Below, piece after piece: positions 48,758 to 60,402 of a DNA stretch of 64,000 bases. The notes beneath the pieces were generated by a model. The model was not told the DNA's origin. It saw only the letters and a list, made by a program, of their open reading frames with translations, and ran no database searches. The stretch spans positions 18,166,001 through 18,230,000 of the forward strand of contig JBHGNT010000005.1 of assembly GCA_043228905.1 (NCBI GenBank), written 5' to 3'. This DNA comes from Azolla caroliniana. Its lineage: Eukaryota; Plantae; Polypodiophyta. Position 1 is the first letter of the stretch. Every line of letters begins with the position of its first letter. The translations under genes and the position numbers were made by a program.

Positions 48758-51700
48758 GTTGTTCTCTGTTTTACGCTTCCGCAAACACTTACGTTTACAT
48801 GGTATCAGAGTGCAAGGGTTGAGAACCTCTGCTGCAGACATTTACTCTTGAGAAGAAAACCCTAACAAGTCGAAAACAGACACAGTAGAAGACATGGATG
48901 GAGGCATGGCCACGTCGCTCCCGGTGGAGAAGCTCGACAGGAGCAACTACACATCCTGGTCTTACAAGATGCACCAGTACCTGCTTGGACACGGGTATTG
49001 GAGTTATGTCGAAGGAGTGAATGATGCGGTGCCCGACTCGGCACACAAGGACTTCCCGGTATGGGAACAGGCGGCAAGCAGGGTGATGTACTGCTTCGCG
49101 TCTAGTGTCGGCGATCAGCTGCTCAGCCACATCCGTGACGCCAAGACACCGAAGGATGCTTGGGGGAACCTGAAAAAGGTTTTCGTTGCAAGCACCACTG
49201 CCCGGAAGTTGCAACTTAGACAGGAGTTGAGCAATGTTCGACAGAAGAACATGTTCGTGGCAGACTACACGGGGCGGATAAAGGAGATCTGCGACTCACT
49301 CGCCTCTATCAATGTTACTGTAGAGGAAGACGAGATGGTGCAGGTATGTCTTGGAGGCCTGGCGTCCAAGTTCGGAGTGTTCCGGACTGCGGTGTGTACA
49401 AGGGAGAATACCCCCTCATTCTTCGACTTACAGTCGATGCTCCTTGTAGAGGAGAACCACGCCAGTGCATCTACCAGTGCATCCCCGGACAGCTGAATGC
49501 TGTACACGGTAACGGATCGGCTCCGTGGGCGTGGTGGAAGAGGTGGGTCGGCACGCAATGGAGGCGGCCGACAAGAGCAGGAACGGAGGCACTATGAGCG
49601 TGCCGACAGCAGTTCCGGGACTTCCACAAGCAGGGGGAGTCAAGGCGGTGCCGGAGGCCGGCAAGACAAATCCGCTACGGAATGCTGGTACTGAGGCAAA
49701 AAAGGCCACAGGGAAAGCGAGTGCTGGAGAAAGCGTGCCGATTCGGACAAATCCGGATCCGGCAAGACCGGTAAGGATGGCCGGCAAAACTCGCACTACA
49801 CAAACGGATCAGGAGGATCCGGAACCGGAAAGGCCGGTAAGGGGCCAGCCTTGGTGATGAATCACAAGGCAAACTCAATGAAGAAGACCACTTCCAAAAT
49901 GGAGGAAGTATGGTATGTTGATTCCGGCGCGTCGAACCACATGACGAGCCACAAAGAGTGGTTCTCCTTTCTGGAGAAACCGGATAAACCAGGAGTAGTC
50001 GAAACCGGAGACGACACTCCTCACCCAATCGTGCATGTCGGAGAAGTCCCTCTAAGCCACGTCGGACAGAAAGGGAAGCTGATGAACGTATTACACGTTC
50101 CGACAATCACGAAGAACCTGGTGTTCGTCGGTCAGATTGTCGACCAGGGGATGCAGGTGCGGTTTACGCACCTCGGGTGCTTCATTGAGGATGAGGGCGA
50201 AGTCATTGCGCAAGGGCGCAGGGATGGGAGGATGTTTATCCTCAACACCAATGACTTTGGCACCGCTCTGTTCACGAAACGACAGAAGGTCGAGTCGGAC
50301 ATCGACCTGTGGCACAAGCGGATAGGCCACATCAACTACTGGAGGCTTCAAGACCTGCAAACGAAACAAGTCGTTTTCGGTTTGCCAAAGTTCAGCGGCC
50401 GGAGAGCCGAAATTTGTGAAGCCTGCCAACTTGGGAAGCAACACCGGCTTCCATTCCCCATTGAACGGAACCGGAGCCGTAACAAGCTCGATCTCATCCA
50501 TTCGGATGTGTGGGGACCTGCACAAAGTGTAAGCCTTGGTGAGAGCCGATACTTCGTCTCCTTCATCGATGACTATACTCGACATACTTGGATCTACCTC
50601 ATTGAGCGGAAGAGCGAAGTCTTCGACTGTTTCCGGAGCCTCCAGAAGATGGTGGAATGGGAATCGGAGAGGAAGATCAAATGCCTTCGGTCGGATGGCG
50701 GAAAGGAATATTTTTCCGGCCAATTCACTAGTTATTTGCAGCAGAAGGGAATTCGGCGAGAGTTCAGTTGTAGATACACACCGGAGCAAAACGGTGTGGC
50801 CGAAAGGAAGAACCGGACACTCGTCGAAGCGGCAAGGGCAATGCTGGAGGAGAAGAGCATGCCCCGGTTCTATTGGGCGGAGGCGGTCCGGACGGCCGTC
50901 TACATACAAAACCGCATTGCTGACAAGGTGTCAGCTCATGAGCTGTATTTCGGGCGCAAGCCAAACTTAAGACACCTTCGGATATTCGGCAGCATAGCGT
51001 ATGTGCATGTGCCGGATCAGAAGCGGAGAAAGCTGGATGCAAAATCGGAAAAATGCATTCTAGTCGGCTATGCTCAAGAGCAAAAGGGGTATAAGTGCTT
51101 TAACCCCCGGACGAAGGAAGTCTGAGTCAGCCGGGATGTCGAGTTCGATGAATCGGCATCCTGGTACTCCGTACCGACTCCGACCTCTGATCCCGACCCA
51201 ATGCCAGAAGATCAGGCCAGTGAGCCTGAATCAGCCCTGGCAGAGGATGATGAAGCTGGGACTCAAGATGAGAGTCCGGAATCGTTACGGTTGAGTGGAC
51301 CGAACGAGCGACTGAGTCGGTTGGACCAGTCGGATGAAGAGACGGCAAGTGGTGGAGACTCTGCCGTGCTCTCCCCGCGCAAGGAACCGAGGAAACGGTT
51401 CACGCGCAAAGAGAAGGGGAAGAGGAAAATGCCGAAATTCGAAACCGGCAACGATGAGTCGGATCGGTGCGTATCCGACTCCGGAAAGGAGAAAGCGGGT
51501 CTTCGGCAACGAAGACCGAACTGGCCAAGAAGGGCCTCAAATAAGGTGACGGTGCGTTGCGCCGATCAACCCGCCAGAAGGATCCCGTCATGCGGTACGG
51601 GTACAATGAATACATGGCGCATCATTATGCGTACATGACTAAGGTGACAGAAGTGCGTGAGCCGGAGAGCTACATAGAAGCGGCAAAGGACGCAAATTGG

Positions 51701-54270
51701 CGTGCCGCTATGGATGAAGAAATGCGGGCACTCGATGCCAACGAAACTTGGGACCTAGTTGATCCTCCCCATCACTGTAAACCGATTGGATGCAAGTGGG
51801 TGTACAAGGTCAAGTACAACGCCGACGGTTCGGTTAACCGGTACAAAGCCCGGGTAGTGGCGAAGGGATACGCGCAGACCCATGCAATCGACTACGACGA
51901 GACCTTCGCTCCTGTGGCGAAGATGACGACGGTTCGTGTGGTACTAGCGGTTGCTGCGGCAAGGGGGTGGCATCTTCACCAGATGGATGTGAAGAACACC
52001 TTCCTTCAAGGAGAGCTTGCAGAAGAAGTCTTTATGACTCAGCCCCCCGGATTTCAATCGGAGATGAACAAGTCGGCGGTATGCCGACTGAAGAAGTCGC
52101 TTTACGGCTTGAAGCAAGCCCCCCAAGCTTGGAATGCGAAGATCACGCACCGGTTGCGTAAGCTGGGGTTTGCAGTCTCTAAGTCGGACTCTTCGTTGTT
52201 CATCCGGCAAGGCTCTGACGGTCCGGTATGTATACTCTTGTATGTGGATGATTTAGTCATCACCGGACCGAGTCTTCCCGAAATCACCCGCGTCAAGTTC
52301 CAGTTGTCGGACGCATTCGAAATGAAGGACCTGGGGGACCTTCATTATTTTCTTGGGATCGAAGTGATCCGGACCCCCGACGGCATATTGCTCTCACAAC
52401 GACATTACGTGTTGAATATGCTGTATAAGTTCGGCATGACGGATTGCCGACCTGTCTCCACACCCCTGGACCGGAACCAGAAGCTCCGTCCCAACTCCGG
52501 ACCGGCCTGCAATGAGAAACGGTTCCGACAGGTTGTCGGAAGCCTGGTCTACTTAACCATCACCCGACCCGACATCAGCTATCCGGTCGGCATGGTAAGT
52601 CAGTTCATGCAGAAGCTGACTGTGGAGCACCTTCAGTGCGCGCAACGCATATTACGGTATGTCAGGGGCACTAAGGACTGGGGACTACTATACCGACGAG
52701 GGATACCCGAAGAGCTTGTCGGTTACACAGATGCTGACTGGGCCGGCGATGCGTCTGATCGCCGCTCAACTTCTGGATACATGTTCTCCATAGGTAGCGC
52801 GGTCGTTGCGTGGAGCAGCAAGAAGCAGCCCACAGTGGCTTTGTCAAGCACTGAGGCTGAGTACCGGGCCGCTACCGTTGCCACTTGTGAAGCCATCTGG
52901 CTTCGGCGACTGCTGCGAGACTTGCGGATCGAGGTACCGACCCCGATCCCGATTTACTACGATAACATGAGCAGCCTACAGCTCGCCGGGAACCTTGTGT
53001 TCCATGCTCGCACAAAGCACATCGAGGTGCACTACCACTTCGTGCGTGAGCGGGTCCTGAGCGGTGAAGTTGACTTACGGTATGTTCATACGGATCGGCA
53101 AGTTGCCGACATCTTCACCAAGCCGCTCGGATCGGACAAGTTGTAGCACTTTATCGACATGCTTGGTATTCAGCATCTCGACGTGCCGCACTTTATCGAG
53201 GGGGAGAAGCAAGGGCAAGGGCAAGGTCTCTACCGAAACGGGCAAAGGCAAAAAAACTGTTGAACCCGTCGGTAAGAGGAGAGCCGGAAGAAGAGGAGAC
53301 AAGAAGATGAAGGAAGCTGAGTTAACGAAGGAAGTCGACACATCCGAACAGGTCGGAGCAAGCGGCTGTGAAGAAGAGTTGTGCACTCAGGAAGAGAAGT
53401 GCATGCTGTGCGGAGGTCATCACGACGGTACTAACCATGATGCGGAGTCGAATGAAGAATTCGATTTCGGTTCACCGGCTGAAGAAGCCGAGGGAAGCAT
53501 GGAGAAGGCCAAGACTCGGAAGTGGTCCGATGTGGTGAGAGGCCTGAAGCCGGAAGTTGAATCGGAGTGTACCGATTCAGACAAGAGCTGGAACGAGTCG
53601 GAGACAGCTGACTCGGATCAACAGATGGATCCGGATGAGTCGGATGGACTGAAGGCCAAGGGGACACGGACACAGCGGAAGTTGATGCCATCGTGGGAGA
53701 ACCGACGGATCGGCAAGCGCCGGAGTCACAGCAATGTGAGTGCTGAGATGGGCCTTTTGAGCAGACATACCGACCGAGAGGGTCGAGGCGCGCAGAACCA
53801 AAGGGGTCGCGGCCAACGGGACCTGACCGGACGAGGAGCGCGAGCAAGGCGGAGTGACGCCAGGAGAAGTTGGTTGGAAGAACCGACTGCCACAGAGGTC
53901 GACACTACGACCCCACCTCAGGTTGAGCTTGAGGGGGAGTGTTGAGCGGCAAGCTCAAACCGGAGCCGGATCGGCTGAATAAGCCGGAGCCGGTAAGCGA
54001 GACGGATCGGGCGAAACGGATCAGTATGACGGTGAGCAACCGAACCGGCAAGCAGTGGAGGCCGAGTACAATACGTAACCGGAAGTCCAATCGGAAGCCT
54101 AGTATAGGATAGACTACTAGGTAGCTATAGTCTCGTAGTAAGTGTCAGATGCTCGTGTGAGCATTGAAGTACATGGTACTTCTGTCAGTCCCAAGAGGAC
54201 TTGTATAAATAGTGCTACTTAGCACAATGTGTATACAGAGTCTTGATATAATTTTGAAATTGTGTTCTGC

Positions 54271-54301
<31 letters not shown>

Positions 54302-54347
54302 GTGTGTTGTTCTCTGTTTTACGCTTCCGCAAACACTTACGTTTACA
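48402..54347 (+). mobile_element. Ty1/Copia element E
   Basis: LTRs 48402-48799 and 53940-54347; PBS TGGTATCAGAG at 48800; PPT TTGAGGGGGAG; TSD GCATG/ACATG (1 mismatch). Confidence 0.92.
48894..53146 (+). pseudogene. Copia E gag-pol (a few stops and a frameshift)
   Basis: EKLDRSNY.SWSYKM, WYVDSGASNHM, RSDGGKEY, QNGVAERKN, LYVDDL, TDADWAGD, ADIFTKPL. Confidence 0.9.
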
Positions 54348-54366
54348 ACATGCAACAGTACATAGA

Positions 54367-57300
54367 TGTAAAAAGTAGCGTGCGGAAGCAAGTATGAAGA
54401 CCGAACAGAAGGAAGAAAACTCAGGTTTAATGGAGAGCTTGACCTTACACAGTATACGCGGGAGAGATAGAGAGAGAGTGAGAGAGAAAACACAAGAACT
54501 ATATTCAACAAAACAATACTCAATCTCTATTCACCATTCTATACATATGTGTGTTCAATGAACACTTTTATACAAGTCCTAGAAGGACTGACAGAAGTAC
54601 CGACAGTACTTCAATGCTCATTAAGAGCTCCTACACTAACTCCCAAATATATTCCTCACGGAATATCTTTCCTAACGGCCTCCCGGTTTACGCACCGATC
54701 CGGCCCTACCTACGCACCGGTCTGCGTACCGGTTTACGCATTCGGCCTAACCGATCGGTCCCAACAGATCTGGTCCTCGGCTTCTTTAGCTGATCCGGCC
54801 GATGTTGAGCTTGTCTCTCAACACTCCCCCTCAAGCTCAACTTGAGGCTCTTCGGGATCTTTGGGTTCACAGCTCCGGTTCCTCCTGTCTTCACGCCTTG
54901 CTCGCGCTCCTCAACTTGTTCGACTCCGCGCGCTTCGACCCTTCTGGTCGGCTTGTCTGCTCATGTGGCCTTTATCAGCTCTTCTGTTGTTGCGGTGTTG
55001 ACGCTTCTCCTGCTGCCTTTTCTTCCGCTTGGGCCTCAGTTGATTCAGCGTATCTGAATCAGACATCCGAACTGACTCTGTTACCTCCGATCGGTTTTCG
55101 CTCTCGTCCGAGTTGGCTGTCTCCAACTTGTCTTCGGTCTTCTCGCCCTCGATGGCGTCATCTTCCCCATGCGTGGTTGGCTTCGACTCTCTCCTTCGAC
55201 TGCTCCCCTTCTGTCCGCTTTTGGACTTTTCCGCGGGTCCGCCCTCGGCTTCTTCAGCCGATCCGAAGTCGAACTCGACAACCGAGTCAACCGACTCGGT
55301 GTCGCGGTCTCCGCTCCTTTCTTGCTGCCTTGCTTGGTCATTCGGGACTGTTCTCCCCCTCAAGTTTGGCACGTCGAGGTGACGCAATCCGAGCGCACCT
55401 GAGAATTGCTACAACTTGTCCAGACCAAGAGGCTTTGTGAAGATGTCGGCAGTCTGCCGATCCGTCGGCACGTACTGAAGTTCGACTTCACCGGAAAGGA
55501 CACATTCATGGATGAAATGGTAGTGCACCTCAATGTGCTTGGTCTGTGCGTGGAAGACGGGGTTCTTCGCGAGTTGGATGCTGATGAGGTTGTCGTAGTA
55601 GATCGTCGTTGGATCGGACACCTCCTCTTGCAGGTCCTTAAGTAGCCGCTTCAACCATATGGCTTTGCATGTCGTGACAGCCGCTCCTCGGTACTCAGCT
55701 TCGGTGCTCGACAGTGCAACTGTCGGCTGCTTCTTACTGCTCCACACGATCGCGGCACTCCCGAGGGAGAATGCGTATTCGGACGTGGATCGGCGATCGG
55801 CGGCGTTGCCAGCCCAATCAGCATCGGTGTAGCCGACTAACTGCACGGCTGCACCGGTTTGATATAGCAGTCCCCGGTCCTTAGTGCCGTTGACATACCG
55901 AAGTATGCGTTGCGCACACTGGAGGTGCTCCTCGGTAGGTCGCGCCATGAACTGACTGATCACTCCGACCGGATAACTGAGGTCGGGTCGGGTGATGGTC
56001 AAGTATATGAGGCTTTCGACAATTTGTCGGAACCTCGTCGGGTCGCATACCTTTCCCGTATCGGGACGAAGCTTGACGGTTCTGTCCAGAGGAGTCGAGA
56101 CGGATTTACAATCGGCCATCCCGAATTTGAAGAGCATACTCAGCACGTAATGACGTTGGCTGATCAATATGCCTTCGGGGGTACGGATCACTTCGATCCC
56201 GAGGAAGTAATGAAGGTCCCCCAGATCCTTCATGTCGAACAATGCCGCAAGCTGGAGCTTCACGCGGTCGATTTCACCTAGGTCGGCGCCGGTGATGACC
56301 AAGTCATCAACATATCGTAAAATACTAACCGGTCCGAGTCGACCTTTCCGGATGAACAGGGAAGAGTCCGATTTTGACGTGACGAAACCCATCCGACGCA
56401 GTTGTTGCGTGATCTTCGCGTTCCAGGCACGCGGGGCTTGCTTCAATTTGTAAAGGGACTTCTTTAGTCGGCATACTGCCGAGGAGTTCATTCCAGAGTG
56501 AAATCCGGGGGGTTGTACCATGTACACCTGTTCCTCAAGGTCACCTTGCAGGAATGCATTCTTTACATCCATCTGATGTAAGTGCCACCCCTTCACCGCA
56601 GCTACTGCGAGCAAAACACGGACGGTCGTCATTTTCGCGACCGGCGCAAACGTCTCATCGTAGTCAATGCCGTGTTTCTGCGCGTAGCCCTTTGCCACTA
56701 GCCGAGCCTTGTACCGGTTGACCGAGGCATCGGTGTTGTACTTGACCTTGTACACCCACCTACACCCGATCGGCTTCACACCCTTCGGTGCGTCAACCAA
56801 GTCCCAGGTCTCGTTCTCCGCCAATGCGTGCATCTCTTCCTCCATCGCGGCACGCCAAGTCGCGTCTTTAGCCGCTTCTGCGTAGCTCTCCGGCTCACGC
56901 ACTTCCGCTACACGGGTCATGTACGCATAGTGATGCACCATGTACTCGTTGTATCCGAACCGCAAAACAGGATTCTTCTGGCGGGTAGATCGGCGTAATC
57001 TCACATTAGCCGATGTCGAGGCCTTCTCAGTCGACGCGGACTTCACCTTTAAAGACCCGTCACCAGTTCCCTCGGAGTCAGACTCGCGTCGGTCAGACTC
57101 GTTCCTATCCGTGCCGGAATCCGACACCTTCTTCTTCCCTTTCTCTTTGCGCGTAAGCCGTCTCCTCGGCTTCCTGCGCGGGGAATGCACGACCGAGTCT
57201 CCACTACTCGCCAGCTCTTCATCGGACTGATCGTACCGACTCAGTCGTCTAATCGGTCCACTTAAGTGGAGTGAAATTGGACTCTCTTGGCGGGTCTTGA

Positions 57301-59497
57301 TTTTGGGCTCATCCGGAGGCATCTCGGCCTCGCTGACCTCATCGTCAGAACTTGGATTGGAGTCGGGGTTCGGAGTCGGGGGTTGGTACCAGGACGCGGA
57401 CTCGTCAAACACAACGTCGCGGCTAACACGTGCTTGTTTGGTGCGAGGGTTATAGCACTTATAACCCTTCTGCTCGTCCGAGTAACCGACCAAGATGCAT
57501 TTCTCGGCCTTTGCGTCAAGCTTCCTCCTTTTCTCCTTCAGTACATGCACATACGCAATGCTACCGAACACCCTCAAGTGTCGCAAGTTCGGCTTCGTTC
57601 CGAAATATAGCTCGTGCGCCGACACTTTGTCTCTGATCTGGTTCTGGATGTATACCGCGGTCCTTACCGCCTTGGCCCAGTAGAACTTGGGCAAGCTCTT
57701 CTCCTCCAGCATTGCCCGTGCCGCTTCCACAATTGACCGATTCTTCCTCTCGGCCACGCCGTTCTGCTTCGGCGTGTATCTACAACTGAATTCGCGCCGA
57801 ATTCCCATTTGTTGTAGATAACCGTTGAATTGACCGGAGAAGTACTCTTTCCCGCCATCCGACCGCAGGCACTTGATCTTTCGTCCCGTTTCCGTTTTCA
57901 CGAACCCTTTGAGGTCTCGAAAACAATCGAAGACTTCGCTCTTCCTCTCAATGCGGTAGATCCACGTGTGCCGCGTGTGGTCGTTGATGAAGGAGACGAA
58001 ATATCGGCTCCCGCCAAGACTAACGTTTTGTGCTGGCCCCCATACATCGGAGTGTATAAGGTCGAGCTTGTTCCGGCTCCGGTTTCGCTTGTTGGGGAAA
58101 GGAAGTCGGTGTTGCTTCCCGAGCTGGCAGGCTTCACAAATTTGTGCCTTTCGGCCACCAAATTTGGGCAATCCGAACACTACCTGTTTCGATTGCAGAT
58201 CTTGAAGCCGTTGGTAGTTGACGTGGCCTATCCGCTTGTGCCACAAGTCGATGTCCGACTCGGATTTTTGTCCCTTCGCGAACATTGTGGTGCCGCCGTC
58301 AATGGAGTCGAGGATGAACATCCTCCTGTCTCTGCGCCCTTGCGCAATCACATGGCCTTCTTCCTCAATGTAGCACCCGAGGTGTGTAAACCGAACCTCC
58401 ATCCCTTGGTCGACGATCTGTCCGACCGAGACCAAGTTCTTCGTGATTGTCGGAACGTGCAGCACGTTCATGAGTTTCCCTTTCTGCTCGACATGGCTAA
58501 GGGGAACTTCTCCGACATTCGCGATTGGATGCGGAGTGTCGTCTCCAGTTGCGACTACTCCAGGTTGTATTGGTTTTTCAAGGTACGAGAACCACTCCTT
58601 ATGGCTCGTCATGTGGTTTGACGCGCCGGAGTCTACGTACCACACCTCGTCCGATCTCGGGGTGCTTTGTTTCATTGAGTTTGCTTCGTGTCTCGTCACG
58701 AAGGCAGACCCTTCTCCGGCTCTCTCGGAGTCTTCGGCGTAGTGCGATCGCTGCCGATTTCCCTTGTCGGTATGTCCGGAGCCGTTTTCGGAACCGGTTC
58801 TCTCCGAATCAGCGCGCTTCTTCCAGCACTCACTTTCCCTGTGGGCTTTCTTGCCACAATACCGGCACTCCACGATGGCCTTCCCTTGCCGGTTCTCATC
58901 GCTTTGACTCCCTCTGTTTCCAGAGGGTCCGGAGTTGCTGTCGGCATCACTTTGGTGCCTTCTTCCTTGATCTCGTCGGCCGCCTCCATTGCGCGCCGAC
59001 TCGCCTCGTCCTCCACGTCCACGGGGCCTATCTCCCTATGTGTACAACATTCTGCTGTCGGTGTGCGTGCTTGTAGACGCACCCGCGTGGTTCTCCTCTA
59101 CCAAGAACATTGATTGTAAGTCGAAAAAGGATGGCGTATTCTCCCGGGTACACACAGCCGTTTGGAACGGTCCGAACTTCAACGCCAAACCTCCGAGACA
59201 GATCTGGACCATCTCACTCTCCTCGATGTTCACCTCTATGGAGGCGAGGGAGTCGCAGATATCCTTGATCTTCGAGGTATAGTCCGCCATTGACAAGTCG
59301 CGTTGTCGTAGGTTGCTCAACTCCTATCGGAGCTGAAGCTTCCTGGCTGTGGTGCTCGCGGCGAAAATCTTCTTCAGATTTCCCCACACACCCTTCGGCG
59401 TACCGCTTTACGCATTCGGCCTAACCGATCGGTGCCAACCGATCCGGTCCTCGGCTTCTTCAGCCGATCCGGCCGATGTTGAGGTTGTCTCTCAACA
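54367..59497 (-). mobile_element. Ty1/Copia element F (E family) with an internal 5' deletion
   Basis: 3' LTR 54367-54823; PPT 54824-54835; only about 97 bp of the 5' LTR (59401-59497), fused to gag; perfect TSD ATAGA (54362-54366 and 59498-59502). Confidence 0.92.
55409..58873 (-). CDS. Copia F knuckle-PR-INT-RT-RH open frame (1154 aa; upstream gag broken)
   Basis: CRYCGKKAHRESEC, WYVDSGASNHM, RSDGGKEY, YVDDL, TDADWAG, ADIFTKPL. Confidence 0.88.
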   Translation of the reverse strand: MECRYCGKKAHRESECWKKRADSERTGSENGSGHTDKGNRQRSHYAEDSERAGEGSAFVTRHEANSMKQSTPRSDEVWYVDSGASNHMTSHKEWFSYLEKPIQPGVVATGDDTPHPIANVGEVPLSHVEQKGKLMNVLHVPTITKNLVSVGQIVDQGMEVRFTHLGCYIEEEGHVIAQGRRDRRMFILDSIDGGTTMFAKGQKSESDIDLWHKRIGHVNYQRLQDLQSKQVVFGLPKFGGRKAQICEACQLGKQHRLPFPNKRNRSRNKLDLIHSDVWGPAQNVSLGGSRYFVSFINDHTRHTWIYRIERKSEVFDCFRDLKGFVKTETGRKIKCLRSDGGKEYFSGQFNGYLQQMGIRREFSCRYTPKQNGVAERKNRSIVEAARAMLEEKSLPKFYWAKAVRTAVYIQNQIRDKVSAHELYFGTKPNLRHLRVFGSIAYVHVLKEKRRKLDAKAEKCILVGYSDEQKGYKCYNPRTKQARVSRDVVFDESASWYQPPTPNPDSNPSSDDEVSEAEMPPDEPKIKTRQESPISLHLSGPIRRLSRYDQSDEELASSGDSVVHSPRRKPRRRLTRKEKGKKKVSDSGTDRNESDRRESDSEGTGDGSLKVKSASTEKASTSANVRLRRSTRQKNPVLRFGYNEYMVHHYAYMTRVAEVREPESYAEAAKDATWRAAMEEEMHALAENETWDLVDAPKGVKPIGCRWVYKVKYNTDASVNRYKARLVAKGYAQKHGIDYDETFAPVAKMTTVRVLLAVAAVKGWHLHQMDVKNAFLQGDLEEQVYMVQPPGFHSGMNSSAVCRLKKSLYKLKQAPRAWNAKITQQLRRMGFVTSKSDSSLFIRKGRLGPVSILRYVDDLVITGADLGEIDRVKLQLAALFDMKDLGDLHYFLGIEVIRTPEGILISQRHYVLSMLFKFGMADCKSVSTPLDRTVKLRPDTGKVCDPTRFRQIVESLIYLTITRPDLSYPVGVISQFMARPTEEHLQCAQRILRYVNGTKDRGLLYQTGAAVQLVGYTDADWAGNAADRRSTSEYAFSLGSAAIVWSSKKQPTVALSSTEAEYRGAAVTTCKAIWLKRLLKDLQEEVSDPTTIYYDNLISIQLAKNPVFHAQTKHIEVHYHFIHECVLSGEVELQYVPTDRQTADIFTKPLGLDKL

Positions 59498-60402
59498 ATA
59501 GACTACCATTCTAGTGGACGGAGCAGGAGGATAAAGCCTATCAAGCGCTCAAAGTCATGCTTTCATAGGCACTGGTGGTACAACCTCCCAATTGGACAAA
59601 GGATTTCCACATATTTATATATGCATCGGACGTAGCCATTAGAAGCATCCTAATGCAGCTCATGGAGCGGAAATGGTACCAGCCGGTGAATAACACGAGT
59701 CGGATGCTTTCCAAAGCCGAGCGAAATTATTCAACAACGGAAAGAGAAGCTCTAAGAATGCTTTACAATGTAACAAAGTAACAAAGTAACAAAGTACCAA
59801 CATTATTTGTTAGGACGAAAATTTTCATTTCATGTTGACCACTCCGCGTTAGTCTATTTGGTATCAAAGATGCCACTAACAGGGAAGCTCGCAAGATGGA
59901 CCTTATTACTACAGGAATTTGAATTTGACATATATCATCGGCCTAGAGTGCAACATGTAGTAGCAGATTACTTAAGCCGGTTGGAATCCATCAAATCCGG
60001 TGACGAGGTCCGCGACGAGTTCCCGGATGCGAAGTTGTTCAAGGTGACCGCAGAGGTAATGGTGGATAGAACGGTCTCCAGAGAAGATAAGTGGCTCACG
60101 GACATGCATCCATTTTAAGTACTGGATTACCTCTAGAAGAGCTGAGCCGGGACGAGCGGAAATGACTTGCGGTACAAAGCCGACATTTTTGTTTGGTGCA
60201 GGACACACTATATCACAAGGTAGCCGACGGAATCTAGCGACATGCGGTCCGGAGTGACGAGAAAGAAGTGGTATTACGTGAGGCCCACTACAGAGTTGCC
60301 GAAGGACACTATGCCCGGAGATGCCATAGGCCGGAGGATATGTCGTAGTGGGTTATGGTGGCCAACAACCCTCAAGGATGTAGACAAATATGCAGAAACA
60401 TA

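Larger units (their letters stand above)
46348..60402 (+). mobile_element. Decayed C-family Gypsy G; pieces 46348-48401, 54348-54366 and 59498-60402
   Basis: Collinear with C pol from CYYCQQEGHYNAQC through RT (FLDD), ATPLH|ATV|HRLPF, RNase H and into the integrase N-terminus (SGLWWPTTLKD); many stops. Confidence 0.88.
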
